A stretch of 62,598 nucleotides of DNA, the filler included, from Asterionella formosa (taxonomy: Eukaryota): NCBI GenBank assembly GCA_002256025.1. It is 26 parts of 26 records of this genome, joined end to end, with 100 filler letters (N's around TTAATTAATTAA, not from the genome) between each part and the next. Parts side by side here need not be neighbours in the genome. Positions count along the whole stretch, not along the records: positions 33,798 to 36,107 come from NKIB01000015.1; positions 36,208 to 38,517 come from NKIB01000016.1; positions 38,618 to 40,926 come from NKIB01000017.1; positions 41,027 to 43,341 come from NKIB01000018.1; positions 43,442 to 45,750 come from NKIB01000019.1; 21 more parts are not named here. One strand, given 5' to 3'. Position 1 is the stretch's first letter; each line of letters begins with the position of its first letter. A program made the position numbers and the translations under genes. Positions 33,798 to 45,850 of the stretch are shown piece after piece. The notes beneath the pieces are model-generated. The model saw only the letters and a program-made list of their open reading frames with translations, made no database searches and had not been told where the DNA came from.

Positions 33798-36107
33798 ACA
33801 TACTTCCACTTCACCAGGGTAATCAAGCTAAGGACATACTTGAGAAATATAGCCCCACTGGAGATGGATTTGGTGTGCTTCAAGATTTTTTACTCTTATT
33901 TCACCCTGGTCTGAGAGATAATCAAGCCCCTAGTTTCCCTGATCATACAGCAAAGGCGCCTCAATACACGCTTACTGGAAATCAGACCACAATGGATGGT
34001 CTCACTTGTTACAATACGCAATATACGCGATGGCTTGCTCTCTTGCATCTCTACCCTGAACATTCAACTTTTCGTAAAAGTGGACACTCCCTTGCATTAT
34101 TTAAATGGTTTAGGAGTCAGCGCTCACTATCTTCAAGAAGAATTATTTGCACTCCGGGTTATCGAAACAAATGATCTCCGACTGTATTCAGAGCACCTTC
34201 CGGCAAACAATATTCCCAAGAGATTACAAGTGGAAAGTCTATACAACAAACTCAAATCACTCCTCCAACATTTACCTACTCCTCACACCCATCGTTCCAC
34301 ACATGGGATCACTCTACCTGTTCATGCTGATGTGGTTTCAGTCTCTACTAATGACATTGCACACACATTGGAATGTGCTCTTCAAGGCCACCCTGATACC
34401 ACTACTCATGACCACAATCCCATTCATGCGCTCATGATTTTGGCCATTAACCGCGCGAGAGTTCCTAATCCTCGTCACCAAATGTGTCTCTTTCCTTGGT
34501 GTGGTGTCAAACATGACCCTCTCTGTTGTTGTATTTGTTTTGGTAGTAACCATAAAACGCCCGATTGTTGGCATCTCAATCGACTCTCAGACAACCGAAA
34601 AGAACTACTTGTCAAAGCACATTCTGCTAAAATTGCTCGGCTCCCTCCGTTTGATGCAACCCCTGCTCGACCTCCTCGCGGTTCTCTTGGTCGCTCTGGT
34701 CCATGAGACACCACTCCAGCAAATACTCAACTCTTTACAGTTCAGGCTATTTCCACCATGCATGAGGACAAGAATGCGGAGCCTACACACCTTCAGTCTG
34801 TCATAGATGATATACATATCACATTGAGAGAGAACATGTATAACATTGCACCATTTTCTCATCAATACAGCTGGAATGTCCCCACTCCTAGATCCCCTGG
34901 ACTTCATGATATTGACAATGATCAGGTTATCACATCTTCCCCAGTTTATCACACAGGCATGGTCGCTTTTGTTGCTCATATTTGTGATTCACACAAGGTT
35001 GTTGATGACTTAGCTCTGATAAACTCTGATCCCACCTAGGTTCTTACACATATCTCTTCCTCTCTACCGCACTCCTCCACTTCCTCATCCAACACTGGTC
35101 TGGAATTTGCTGCAAACCTCCACAAAGGTGAAACTTTGATGCATGTGGACACTGGAGCAAATGGGAATTTCACTTGCATGAGCAACAAATTACAGAATGT
35201 TGTGAGCTCCACTGTTCTATGCCAGACTGCTAAACTTGGTGACGCCGATAAAGTTGGATACATGGGCACACTTTATCCATGTTTCATTTCATCAGATAGA
35301 ACTGTTGAACTGGAGGTATCACTTCCCAACACAGTGGAAACGCCACACTATCGGCGGCGCTCCCTCAGTATTCATGCTCTCAAACGCCTAGGCTATGAGG
35401 CTGATCATCAACTTCGTCGCACAGGTAACCTGTTATGGTTAAAACTTCACAATGGGAAAGAATATTCTTTCAAGTTCTTCACCTTTGATGATGCAGACTA
35501 CATCATTGTCCGTTTACATAAACCGTCTTTAGGGATTACCACCTCTGCTATTGACCTTATCAAAACCATGAAACCATCAGGACTTTATCATCTCATTCAT
35601 CTTCGAATGGGCTGCCCAGGCCAGCGTGCTATGGAATTATTGCTCAATGGAACAAGCGTTATGGGTCTCCCCTTGAATGTCCCTATACCAGACACATTCT
35701 CCTGTCCAATCTGTCTCAAAGAAAAACTGCCCTACTTATCCAGAGGTCCTACTGTTGAATCTCCTTTCAAGGTTCTTGGAAGTCTTATCCATATGGATTT
35801 TGGATTCTATGGTAAACAATACTGCCGTGGATTCAAATGCTTTTTAGTATTCACAGAGTTAATCTCTAATCATTGTTGGACATTCTGTCGTCAATCACGC
35901 ACTACACCAGTAAAACTCATCCTTTGGATCATCCAACACTTGCAGATCCGGACTGGCAACCGTGTGTGCCGTATCCATATGGATGGGGAATTATTTGCTA
36001 ACCACACGCTCAAGACCGAGTTGTCTCTGCTGCACATCTCGGTGGAGCCCACTGGCGCGTACTCCTCCTCGCAAAACGGAAAAGCTGAGGTCTCCATTAA
36101 ACTTATT
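33798..36107 (+). mobile_element. Degenerate Ty1/copia gag-protease-integrase fragment
   Basis: Cys/His knuckles (PWCGVKHDP, CICFGSNHKTPDC), protease HVDTGAN, HLIHLRMG..CPIC, IHMDFG, IHMDGE, SQNGKAE. Broken by stops at 34706 and 35039 and by frameshifts. Confidence 0.85.
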
Positions 36108-36385
36108 NNNNNNNNNNNNNNNNNNNNNNNNNNNNNNNNNNNNNNNNNNNNTTAATTAATTAANNNNNNNNNNNNNNNNNNNNNNNNNNNNNNNNNNNNN
36201 NNNNNNNATTGCCCAGATGGTTTGAACAAACATGCAGAGCCATTTGACTTGGTATTCCCACATAATAGTAGTAACATAGACACAGCTACTGTATCAACTT
36301 TTCATGTATAAAATTTATAGCAGGCTAATTTTGCAATGGTCCCTTCCCCAGCCCCCTTGTATATGACCATGTTAAAAGAAAATAT

Positions 36386-38236
36386 TTACAGCTCCACCAT
36401 CTGAAAGCCTTCGGCTTCCAAACGATGATCATCATTCTCCCCCTTTGTCTCAAAGAGAGCAGTTGTGCCATCCTCTGCTTTCAAAGCGAACGAGCGTTTA
36501 TTTATCACAAAAGAACCCCAGTCGGAAGATGTGGATTCACTGACACCAATTGGTTCAGGAATGTACACAATTTTCAATGGTCTCAAATCGTCGTCTGATG
36601 AAAAATCATCGATAGAAGAAGAATTTTCGCCCATTATGGTTAATGAGGCTTCACTGATGGCACGTGGTTCGTTATCCAGAGGCTTGCCACCATTGTTACT
36701 GGCTCGCTTTTTTCGACCAAAAGAAATAGCCACTGCCGCGAAACCCAAACATGCTCCCATGGCCAATGCTGCAGAAAGCAAGAAAGCGCTTTTTGGATTA
36801 TTTGTTGTTGTTGTTTCACTTCCTGCAGCCTCGATTTGTACCTCCTTCTGTTGACTTGATTGAACACTGGAGGAATTCATGACTTCAACTGAAGCAGTTA
36901 TTGAGAAAACATTTTCAGTTGGAAGAGTTTTAAGCTCAGCCAAGTAGACACCCATGTTCTTTCCAATAAAGGCTTTCTTTAACAGCATGTCTAGGTCATC
37001 CACTGTTGGAATAACCGCCGAGGTGGGACCAAAAAAACCAGTGGCTTCAAAGTCAATTCGGATGGGTTCAGGTGTGAAAGAGTAGGGCTGTCCACTTGTG
37101 AAGTGGTAGCTTACAAACACCGTGTCAAACGTATCCAATATTGTAAATATGGTTTGCTTATAAAAGTCCACGAAATACTTCTTGAGATAACTATCCGTCA
37201 AGTTAGCAACCTCGTTATAGTCGACATTCGTAGGAACTTCATTCTTGGTCACATTGTACAAGATTCCAAAAGGAGTCAACTCCACAGCGATTGAATCAGA
37301 AAACGGAGAGTTTGAAGGACTTGGCGCCGACGTTGGATTTAAAATTGACGGCTTTAAGGAGGGTGGCTTTGTCGGCTTGCCATCCAAAGTTGGAGACTTC
37401 GTAGGAGGAGCTGGTGTCGTAGGTGGATTCGTGGTACCTGGAGTTGTAGGTTTTCCCGTCGATGTTGGGGACTTCGTCACAGGACGTGGTGTAACAGACG
37501 AAGTTGGATTTAGAGTTGGCAAAGTTGTAGGTGGATTTGTGGCACCTGGAGAAAAGGTCATCGCAGTTGGTATTGTGGTAGGCTTAGATACTGGGATGAC
37601 TGGACTATCAGTTCTCGTTGGAGCCTTCGTAGGAAAATCCCCACTGTTTGGAATCATGGTTGGAAACTCTCGTGAATGTGAGGGCTTAGGAGTCGGACGT
37701 TTGGTGATGGCAGATCCAGAAGATGGCAGTGAATTTGGCTCAGGAGCAGCAGAACTAGCCGTGAAATAACTGGGGCTTGGAGAGTTACTGATGGTTGAGT
37801 TAAGGGTCGGTTTGGAAGTTGGTGCACTAGTCTGCGACGGGGACGATTTCTTTGATTTTTTGATTTTGCTCTTTTTGTCTTGTTCCCTCTCTTTTTTCGT
37901 GCCTTTTCTTTCCCCCTTTTGGCCATTGCCCCCCTTCCTCCTGTCAAAATCTTTATTTCCTTTTCTCGTCTTGGCACCCGTTCTCTCTAGTTCAGTTGTG
38001 TTTCGTTCGGATGCAACAATGGAGCCCTTGTCTCCTCCGTGCTCGAAAACATTGACACTTTGCAATTTCGCATGTGATTCAAGAGATCTTGACACATGTT
38101 GTTTCGTTCGTCTTGTCTTGCTTTCGCGCACTAGGGTTTTCCCGGAAGATCTGTGCGCTCCTGAGTCGACTTTGGTGGCATTCGAGATGGCAAGGACCAA
38201 ACTGATGAGTACAACCATCAAATGGTGAGGACCCAT
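36386..38236 (-). CDS. Single-pass membrane protein: signal peptide, Lys-rich block, Pro/Thr/Ser mucin-like repeats, globular domain, TM helix, acidic tail
   Basis: LMVVLISLVLAISNA signal, KKSKIKKSKKSS, repeated T-x-x-P-T units, TM AFLLSAALAMGACLGFAAVAISF followed by GRKKR. Confidence 0.8.
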   Translation of the reverse strand: MGPHHLMVVLISLVLAISNATKVDSGAHRSSGKTLVRESKTRRTKQHVSRSLESHAKLQSVNVFEHGGDKGSIVASERNTTELERTGAKTRKGNKDFDRRKGGNGQKGERKGTKKEREQDKKSKIKKSKKSSPSQTSAPTSKPTLNSTISNSPSPSYFTASSAAPEPNSLPSSGSAITKRPTPKPSHSREFPTMIPNSGDFPTKAPTRTDSPVIPVSKPTTIPTAMTFSPGATNPPTTLPTLNPTSSVTPRPVTKSPTSTGKPTTPGTTNPPTTPAPPTKSPTLDGKPTKPPSLKPSILNPTSAPSPSNSPFSDSIAVELTPFGILYNVTKNEVPTNVDYNEVANLTDSYLKKYFVDFYKQTIFTILDTFDTVFVSYHFTSGQPYSFTPEPIRIDFEATGFFGPTSAVIPTVDDLDMLLKKAFIGKNMGVYLAELKTLPTENVFSITASVEVMNSSSVQSSQQKEVQIEAAGSETTTTNNPKSAFLLSAALAMGACLGFAAVAISFGRKKRASNNGGKPLDNEPRAISEASLTIMGENSSSIDDFSSDDDLRPLKIVYIPEPIGVSESTSSDWGSFVINKRSFALKAEDGTTALFETKGENDDHRLEAEGFQMVEL

Positions 38237-38617
38237 CGTCGTCTATATAAAATAGTCTCGTGTTGCTACTATTCAAGCAGAGACGTTCGGAGTGATCGCA
38301 ATGAAAGATGGTCAATTATGAGCAGTGTTCACTCACGAATTGTTTGCCCTCACTATTTTGTATTTTGGTGCACCTTGTTGGCAGCCAAAAATGTGACGAT
38401 ATACATACACTCGCAACAAGAAAATGCGTTGGGTCGTCCTCTTTGTCTACAAATTTTGGCACCAAGGCAGACGTCAACGATCAATCATTTAGCTAATAAA
38501 GTAGACTACCGGGGTAANNNNNNNNNNNNNNNNNNNNNNNNNNNNNNNNNNNNNNNNNNNNTTAATTAATTAANNNNNNNNNNNNNNNNNNNNNNNNNNN
38601 NNNNNNNNNNNNNNNNN

Positions 38618-40926
38618 GAACGTAGCCTTTCACTACAATACGTCCTTTGTATCGAATACTCTTATCCTGCTCGGATTTCTTCTTGAATACCCAGCGTGTG
38701 CCTAAGGGTTTTCTGCCCTTGAGATTGTCACGAGGAACCATTTTCCAAACATTTCGCTTGTAGAAATTGTTGATTTCATTTTTAATAGCAACGGTCCACT
38801 GCTTGCTCTCGTCTCCTTTCATAGCCTCCTTGTAATGCTTTGGCTCCCCAGGATCGGAAGCAAGCGTTGTAGAATATGCATAGAACCTCTCTACTCCTTC
38901 TTCACTTTGAAATAGTTCATCATCATCTTGATAGGCCGCTTCAGAATAATCTATTTCTTCAATTGATCCTTTGTCCTTGTCATCTAGTTGTAAGCTGCGC
39001 CGAGCACTGCGTTTGCCAGTAACTTCTTTCCAACCATCAAGGCGTTTCAATTCTCGTTCCAATTTTGCTTTCTTCGAAGCATCTTTGTTGATCTCATCAC
39101 CTAACTTCCCCACTGCTTCGGATAGCTGAAATCTTGTTTGTTTCACAACTGGAACAGGTGTTTCCAAATCAATATCCTGCTGGATAGGTGGCACAACAGG
39201 AAGAACATCTTCGTCCTGCTTTGCATCATCAATTGGAATAACAACCACTTCTGTGTCCCCTCCCACATTGAAATCCCTAAACCCTGCGATTGGATTTGTT
39301 TGGCCATGCCAATCAGCCCAGCGAATGTTTCGACTATTTAAAATCTTTCTTGTCTGAGGGTTAAACATTCGGTAAGTGTCTCCAGCGTGATCATGAGAAT
39401 AACCAACCATCACACATTTAATGGCCTTTTCTTCGAGTTTATTTGTTTTCTTAGCACCAATTTTCACCCATCCGATCCTGCCAAAATGCATTAGATGATC
39501 GTAAATCATTGGAACCTTTTTGTAAAACTTCTCATCTGCACTTTTTACATCATTAGATGTGGCCACAATGTTCGTGATTCGTGTGTTGGTGTTGATGGCC
39601 TCTGCCCAAAGTAAACCTTGAAATTCATCAATAAATTTTGCAGCAAACATTGCTGCACATGCTCGTTGACGAATGGATACAAACTTTCGCTCAACAATTC
39701 CATTCTGTTGTGGTGTGTAGGGTGCCGTAAATTCAATTTGAATATTGAAATTGTCGCATAGTTTTGTCAAACCTGAGACGTTTTCACCCGCATTGTCACA
39801 ACGGAGAAACTTGGTAACATACTCAGCCGTTTTGAGTTTAGTCAAAAAATCTTCAATCTTTGAAGCAAGCTGTGACTTCTTCTTAACAAAGAAACTCCAA
39901 GATTTTCCGGTGTAATCATCAACAACAAGGATCCAATTGTCATTTCCTAAAATCGACTTTTTATATGGACCGCTGATATCTGTGCACAAACGTTCGCCCG
40001 GTTGAGTAGCCTTGCTCATAGTGATTTTAGGAACACTTTTTGCTTTAGCCTTAACTAGCGCACATCCTTCACATGTATACATCAAACCTGTCATTTTGAT
40101 ACCAAGCGATTTCATAGTAGCCCGCAATGCTGCTTCCCCAATATGTCCGTATTTAGCGTGAGCTTCATTGATGTCCATACTGGTCAATTTCGTTGTGATG
40201 ACCTCTGCAGATAAGATATCACTCCCACCTGGGTAAATTCCACGAGTTCCTTGGAAATAGTATAAAACATCTGAATGATCACGTTTGAAATCTAGCGTCT
40301 CAGTTTTTCCCGCTTTTGTCAAAGTCATTTGGTTGTGCTTCATACCAAGTTCGTATTTACCATCACGTACAAAAGTACCAATGGTAATAATATTTTTATG
40401 AAATGTAGGTGTATAAAGGACATTCTTAAGCAAGAGTGTCTCATTGGTCACTTTGTTTCGCACGCAGACATCTCCGCGTTCCTTGCAAATGACTTCTTTA
40501 CCATCGCCTACAACAACGCGTACATTTACTGCTTTCACATTTGTCATATACTTATTGCACATAGTAATATGACTGGTTGCGCCTGTATCAGCTAACCAAC
40601 GTTCATTTTTCTCGATTGATGCGCAAATTTTACTCTCACTGTTTTTGATGCTTGCATGGTGTGCTTGATTGATCTCTTCATCCACAATTTCAACCGTCAC
40701 TCCAATAAATGAATATTCTGTTTCTTCGCATGTAATGTAGACCTTTGTGTCTTCAACATATTCATAGTCAAAAAACGTCTTGTTGTTTGTAGTCAAGTCA
40801 ATTATTTCAAAATCATCATCTGTATCAGACTTTTCATCATGGATTTCGATCGTTTCAACAATACCAACAAACATTCCAGTTTCTTTCTTTTCCTTTGTTT
40901 TCTTTTCTTCAGGACAGTCCTTAGCA
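38618..40926 (-). mobile_element. Ty1/copia family A internal fragment, open ORF
   Basis: Same protease, integrase and RT-start motifs and same end points as 14497..16811. No stops. Confidence 0.95.
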
Positions 40927-41038
40927 NNNNNNNNNNNNNNNNNNNNNNNNNNNNNNNNNNNNNNNNNNNNTTAATTAATTAANNNNNNNNNNNNNNNNNN
41001 NNNNNNNNNNNNNNNNNNNNNNNNNNCTACAGCGATAA

Positions 41039-41680
41039 CTCTAGCAAGTACAATATAGAAAAAGAAGGAAAGGATGAGTAGCTGACAACAATTGAATTCG
41101 TAAATTCGTTTTGAAACAGCTGCTGCATATTTTAACATTCAATGCATGTTGCCATATTGCTTCGAAATTGAGATTTGCCGCAATTGCATCCTTCTTTTTG
41201 GAGCAGCTACAAATACTCGAAAGAGCGAAAACTCTAGCAAGTACAATATAGAAAAAGAAGGAAAGGATGAGTAGCTGACAACAATTGAATTCGTAAATTC
41301 GTTTTGAAACAGCTGCTGCATATTTTAACATTCAATGCATGTTGCCATATTGCTTCGAAATTGAGATTTGCCGCAATTGCATCCTTCTTTTTGGAGCAGC
41401 TACAAATACTCGAAAGAGCGAAAACTCTAGCAAGTACAATATAGAAAAAGAAGGAAAGGATGAGTAGCTGACAACAATTGAATTCGTAAATTCGTTTTGA
41501 AACAGCTGCTGCATATTTTAACATTCAATGCATGTTGCCATATTGCTTCGAAATTGAGATTTGCCGCAATTGCATCCTTCTTTTTGGAGCAGCTACAAAT
41601 ACTCGAAAGAGCGATAACTCTAGCAAGTACAATATAGAAAAGAAGGAAAGAATGAGTTGCTGTCAACAATTGAATTAGTA
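41039..41680. repeat. 193-bp tandem repeat x~3.3
   Basis: Units start ctctagcaagtacaatatag at 41039, 41232, 41425 and 41618. The first three are essentially identical. Confidence 0.95.
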
Positions 41681-41769
41681 AATCAGTAATATTAGTAATA
41701 ATTTTGGTTCCTAGTAGTTCATTTGCCCTTTGACAATAGTCAATTCGTCAAAATTGAAATTCATTTTCA

Positions 41770-43341
41770 CTAAACTGGAGTGAAGTTCAATTGTCTTGCA
41801 ACTTCTTTCATTGACCGTTTGAAATACTCATATTCACTCCTAGTTTCATTTGCCACCTTGATTCTTTCATCTGTCGTCTCCACTGATTCTTCGTCTAATT
41901 TGCTTTTCTTGAACCTGTAAAAGTCCCTGTGCAACTTTGCGTAGATCTTCTTCTTAGCCACTTTGTATTTCCTCTCGCCCTTTGCTGCAACCTCCTCGAA
42001 TTTTTTAATGTAGCTCTCGTCATTCATCATCCCTTCTTTAATTTCATCTCCAAAAAGGTCTGGGGGTGCAATGTTCTGATCAATACAAGCCTTATAAATT
42101 TCACTCTTTTTCTTCATCCGAAGCTCCACATACATCTTTTTCTTCATCTCTTGGAAGTACCAATCTGTGGCACCCTTGACTTGGTCTGGGGGAAAGTGAA
42201 TAATCACGTTCAAACTCTTTGTACTCTTTGAACTCTTAGTACTACCAGTTGTTATCCTTGAAGTTCTTCCTGAAATAACTTGTGGAGTCAATCCACTGAT
42301 GGAAGATGCCGGAGTTGTGCTTACTGGAAGAGAAATGGCCACTAGATCATTACGAACTCTAATGGCAGGCACACTGTTGTTCCCTGGCGTAGTAACTTCA
42401 ATGAAAATTTCCATCAGTTAGTCAATATTTTCCATGAACATCAGTTCAACAATTCCACTTTGTTCACTTCCCCGAAGTGACTAACCTTGTGGAACTCCAG
42501 CCAAAACAAGAAGATTGGACTTAAAGCTGATCTCCAACTGCCTGCTCATGGCAGTTGTCCTTTGATGAACAACTATGTCATACAGGCTGTTGAACCTGGC
42601 ATATCCCTTTGCGTCCCAGCCACCATATCTCTTTCCCTGTCCTCCAGTACCGGTATAAACGTATTTTGGTGCAGGCGTATCATCTTCATGACCTTTCATC
42701 ATTGCCTTAGTATGCAACCAGACATCCCAACAATTCTCCAAGACCAACAATGAAAAAACCTCGTCAGAAACACTAACAATGTCACTGACATGCTTCTTAG
42801 CACACTGTCGTTTCCAAGACAGCTTTCGCCCAACCCTGGAATAAAAGTACTCAACCAGAAGGAAGAAAGGATGATTCTTGGTTCCTTCTCCATCACCTGT
42901 CTCCTGAATAGAAACAGAACGGCTGTTGGAGATGGTATGCTTATTCAGATGAATGTGCATACCATCACGAAAAAGTCCTGAAGTTTTGTAGATTGGAATG
43001 GAATGATTTGTAAGTAGTAAACAATGAGTATGTTAACCAAGTCAAGAACAAATCAGGCATACCACCAAGTCAAGTTGTTTACTTACTAGCAAAGGCATGT
43101 TTGAGAGTGGTAACAACGGCATTTCTTTTCTCAGACATCACTATATTAATATCATTCTTATATGTCTGCCAAATTGACTCGAAGTCCTTATCGGTTCCCA
43201 TGAATAGACTTGGTAAGTGAGCACGAAATGAGAGTGCCAGACTAGTTGGTCCCCTTTCATCAAGTTCAATATCACCTGTGATAAACTTGACTTTTGGGAA
43301 AAGTTCAAGTTTGACCCATTGACCAACATTCCGGGTCCAAT
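41770..43341 (-). CDS. Spliced gene of unknown function (5'-partial); exons 43341-43087, 42977-42486, 42395-41770
   Basis: Introns 43086-42978 (GTAAGT...CAG) and 42485-42396 (GTTAGT...GACTAAC...AAG) both join in frame. Motifs LFPKVKFI, SDEVFSLLVLEN.W, GWDAKGYARFNSL. Confidence 0.7.
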
Positions 43342-43441
43342 NNNNNNNNNNNNNNNNNNNNNNNNNNNNNNNNNNNNNNNNNNNNTTAATTAATTAANNN
43401 NNNNNNNNNNNNNNNNNNNNNNNNNNNNNNNNNNNNNNNNN

Positions 43442-45750
43442 TGCTAAGGATTGTCCTGAAGAAAAGAAAACAAAGGAAAAGAAAGAAACTGGAATGTTTG
43501 TTGGTATTGTTGAAACGATCGAAATCCATGATGAAAAGTCTGATACAGATGATGATTTTGAAATAATTAACTTGACTACAAACAACAAGACGTTTTTTGA
43601 CTATGAATATGTTGAAGACACAAAGGTCTACATTACATGCGAAGAAACAGAATATGCATTTATTGGAGTGACGATTGAAATTGAGGATGAAGAGATCAAT
43701 CAAGCACACCATGCAAGCATCAAAAACAGTGAGAGTAAAATTTGTGCATCAATCGAGGAAAATGAACGTTGGTTAGCTGATACAGGCGCAACCAGTCATA
43801 TTACTATGTGCAATAAGTATATGACAAATGTGAAAGCAGTAAATGTACGCGTTGTTGTAGGCGATGGTAAAGAAGTCATTTGCAAGGAACGCGGAGATGT
43901 CTGCGTGCGAAACAAAGTGACCAATGAGACACTCTTGCTTAAGAATGTCCTTTATACACCTACCTTTCATAAAAATATTATCAGCATTGGTACTTTTGTA
44001 CGTGATGGTAAATACGAACTTGGTATGAAGCACAACAAAATGACTCTGACAAAAGCGGGGAAAACTGAGACGCTAGATTTCAAACGTGATCATTCAGATG
44101 TTTTGTACTATTTCCAAGGAACTCGTGGAATTTACCCAGGTGGGAGTGATATCTTATCTGCAGAGGTCATCACAACGAAATTGACCAGTATGGACATTAA
44201 TGAAGCTCACGCTAAATACGGACATATTGGGGAAGCGGCATTGCGGGCTACTATGAAATCGCTTGGTATCAAAATGACAGGTGTGATGTATACATGTGAA
44301 GGATGTGCGCTAGCTAAGGCTAAAGCAAAAAGTGTTCCTAAAATCACTATGAGCAAGGCTACTCAACCGGGCGAACGTTTGTGCACAGATATCAGCGGTC
44401 CATATAAAAAGTCGATTTTAGGAAATGACTATTGGATCCTTGTTGTTGATGATTACACCGGAAAATCTTGGAGTTTCTTTGTTAAGAAGAAGTCACAGCT
44501 TGCTTCAAAGATTGAAGATTTGTTGACTAAACTCAAAACGGCTGAGTATGTTACCAAGTTTCTCCGTTGTGACAATGCGGGTGAAAATGTCTCAGGTTTG
44601 ACAAAACTATGCGAGAAATTCAATATTCAAATCGAATTTACGGCACCCTACACACCACAACAGAATGGAATTGTGGAGCGAAAGTTTGTAACCATTCGTC
44701 AACGAGCATGTGCAGCAATGTTTGCTGCAAAATTTAATGACGAATTTCAAGGTTTACTTTGGGCAGAGGCCATCAACACCAACACACGAATCACGAACAT
44801 TGTGGCCACATCTAATGATGTAAAAAGTGCAGATGAGAAGTTTTACAAAAAGGTTCCAATGATTTACGATCATCTAATGCATTTTGGCAGGATCGGATGG
44901 GTGAAAATTGGTGCTAAGAAAACAAATAAACTCGAAGAAAAGGCCATTAAATGTGTGATGGTTGGTTATTCTCATGATCATGCTGGAGACACTTACCGAA
45001 TGTTTAACCCTCAGACAAGAAAGATTTTAAATAGTCGAAACATTCGCTGGGCTGATTGGCATGGCCAAACAAGTCCAATCGCAGGTTTGAGGGATTTCAA
45101 TGTGGAAGGGGACACAGAAGTGGTTGTTATTCCAATTGATGATGAAAAGCAGGACGAAGATGTTCTTCCTGTTGTCCCACCAATCCAGCAGGATGTTGAT
45201 TTGGAAACACCTGTTCCAGTTGTGAAACAAACAAGATTTCAGCTATCCGAAGCAGTGGGGAAGTTAGGTGATGAGATCAACAAAGATGCTTCGAAGAAAG
45301 CAAAATTGGAACGAGAATTGAAACGCCTTGATGGTTGGAAAGAAGTTACTGGCAAACGCAGTGCTCGGCGCAGCTTACAACTAGATGACAAGGACAAAGG
45401 ATCAATTGAAGAAATAGATTATTCTGAAGCGGCCTATCAAGATGATGATGAACTATTTCAAAGTGAAGAAGGAGTAGAGAGGTTCTATGCATATTCTACA
45501 ACGCTTGCTTCCGATCCTGGGGAGCCAAAGCATTACAAGGAGGCTATGAAAGGAGACGAGAGCAAGCAGTGGACCGTTGCTATTAAAAATGAAATCAACA
45601 ATTTCTACAAGCGAAATGTTTGGAAAATGGTTCCTCGTGACAATCTCAAGGGCAGAAAACCCTTAGGCACACGCTGGGTATTCAAGAAGAAATCCGAGCA
45701 GGATAAGAGTATTCGATACAAAGGACGTATTGTAGTGAAAGGCTACGTTC
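43442..45750 (+). mobile_element. Ty1/copia family A internal fragment, open ORF
   Basis: AKDCP knuckle tail, WLADTGAT, HAKYGH..CEGC, DISGP, RCDNAGE, QQNGIVER, EPKHYKEAM, YKGRIVVKGY. Confidence 0.95.
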
Positions 45751-45850
45751 NNNNNNNNNNNNNNNNNNNNNNNNNNNNNNNNNNNNNNNNNNNNTTAATT
45801 AATTAANNNNNNNNNNNNNNNNNNNNNNNNNNNNNNNNNNNNNNNNNNNN

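Noticed and set aside
41041..41669. Repeated 96-aa and 60-aa ORFs as a peptide gene array
   Set aside because: They are by-products of a 193-bp unit that is not a multiple of 3, and they have no recognisable features.
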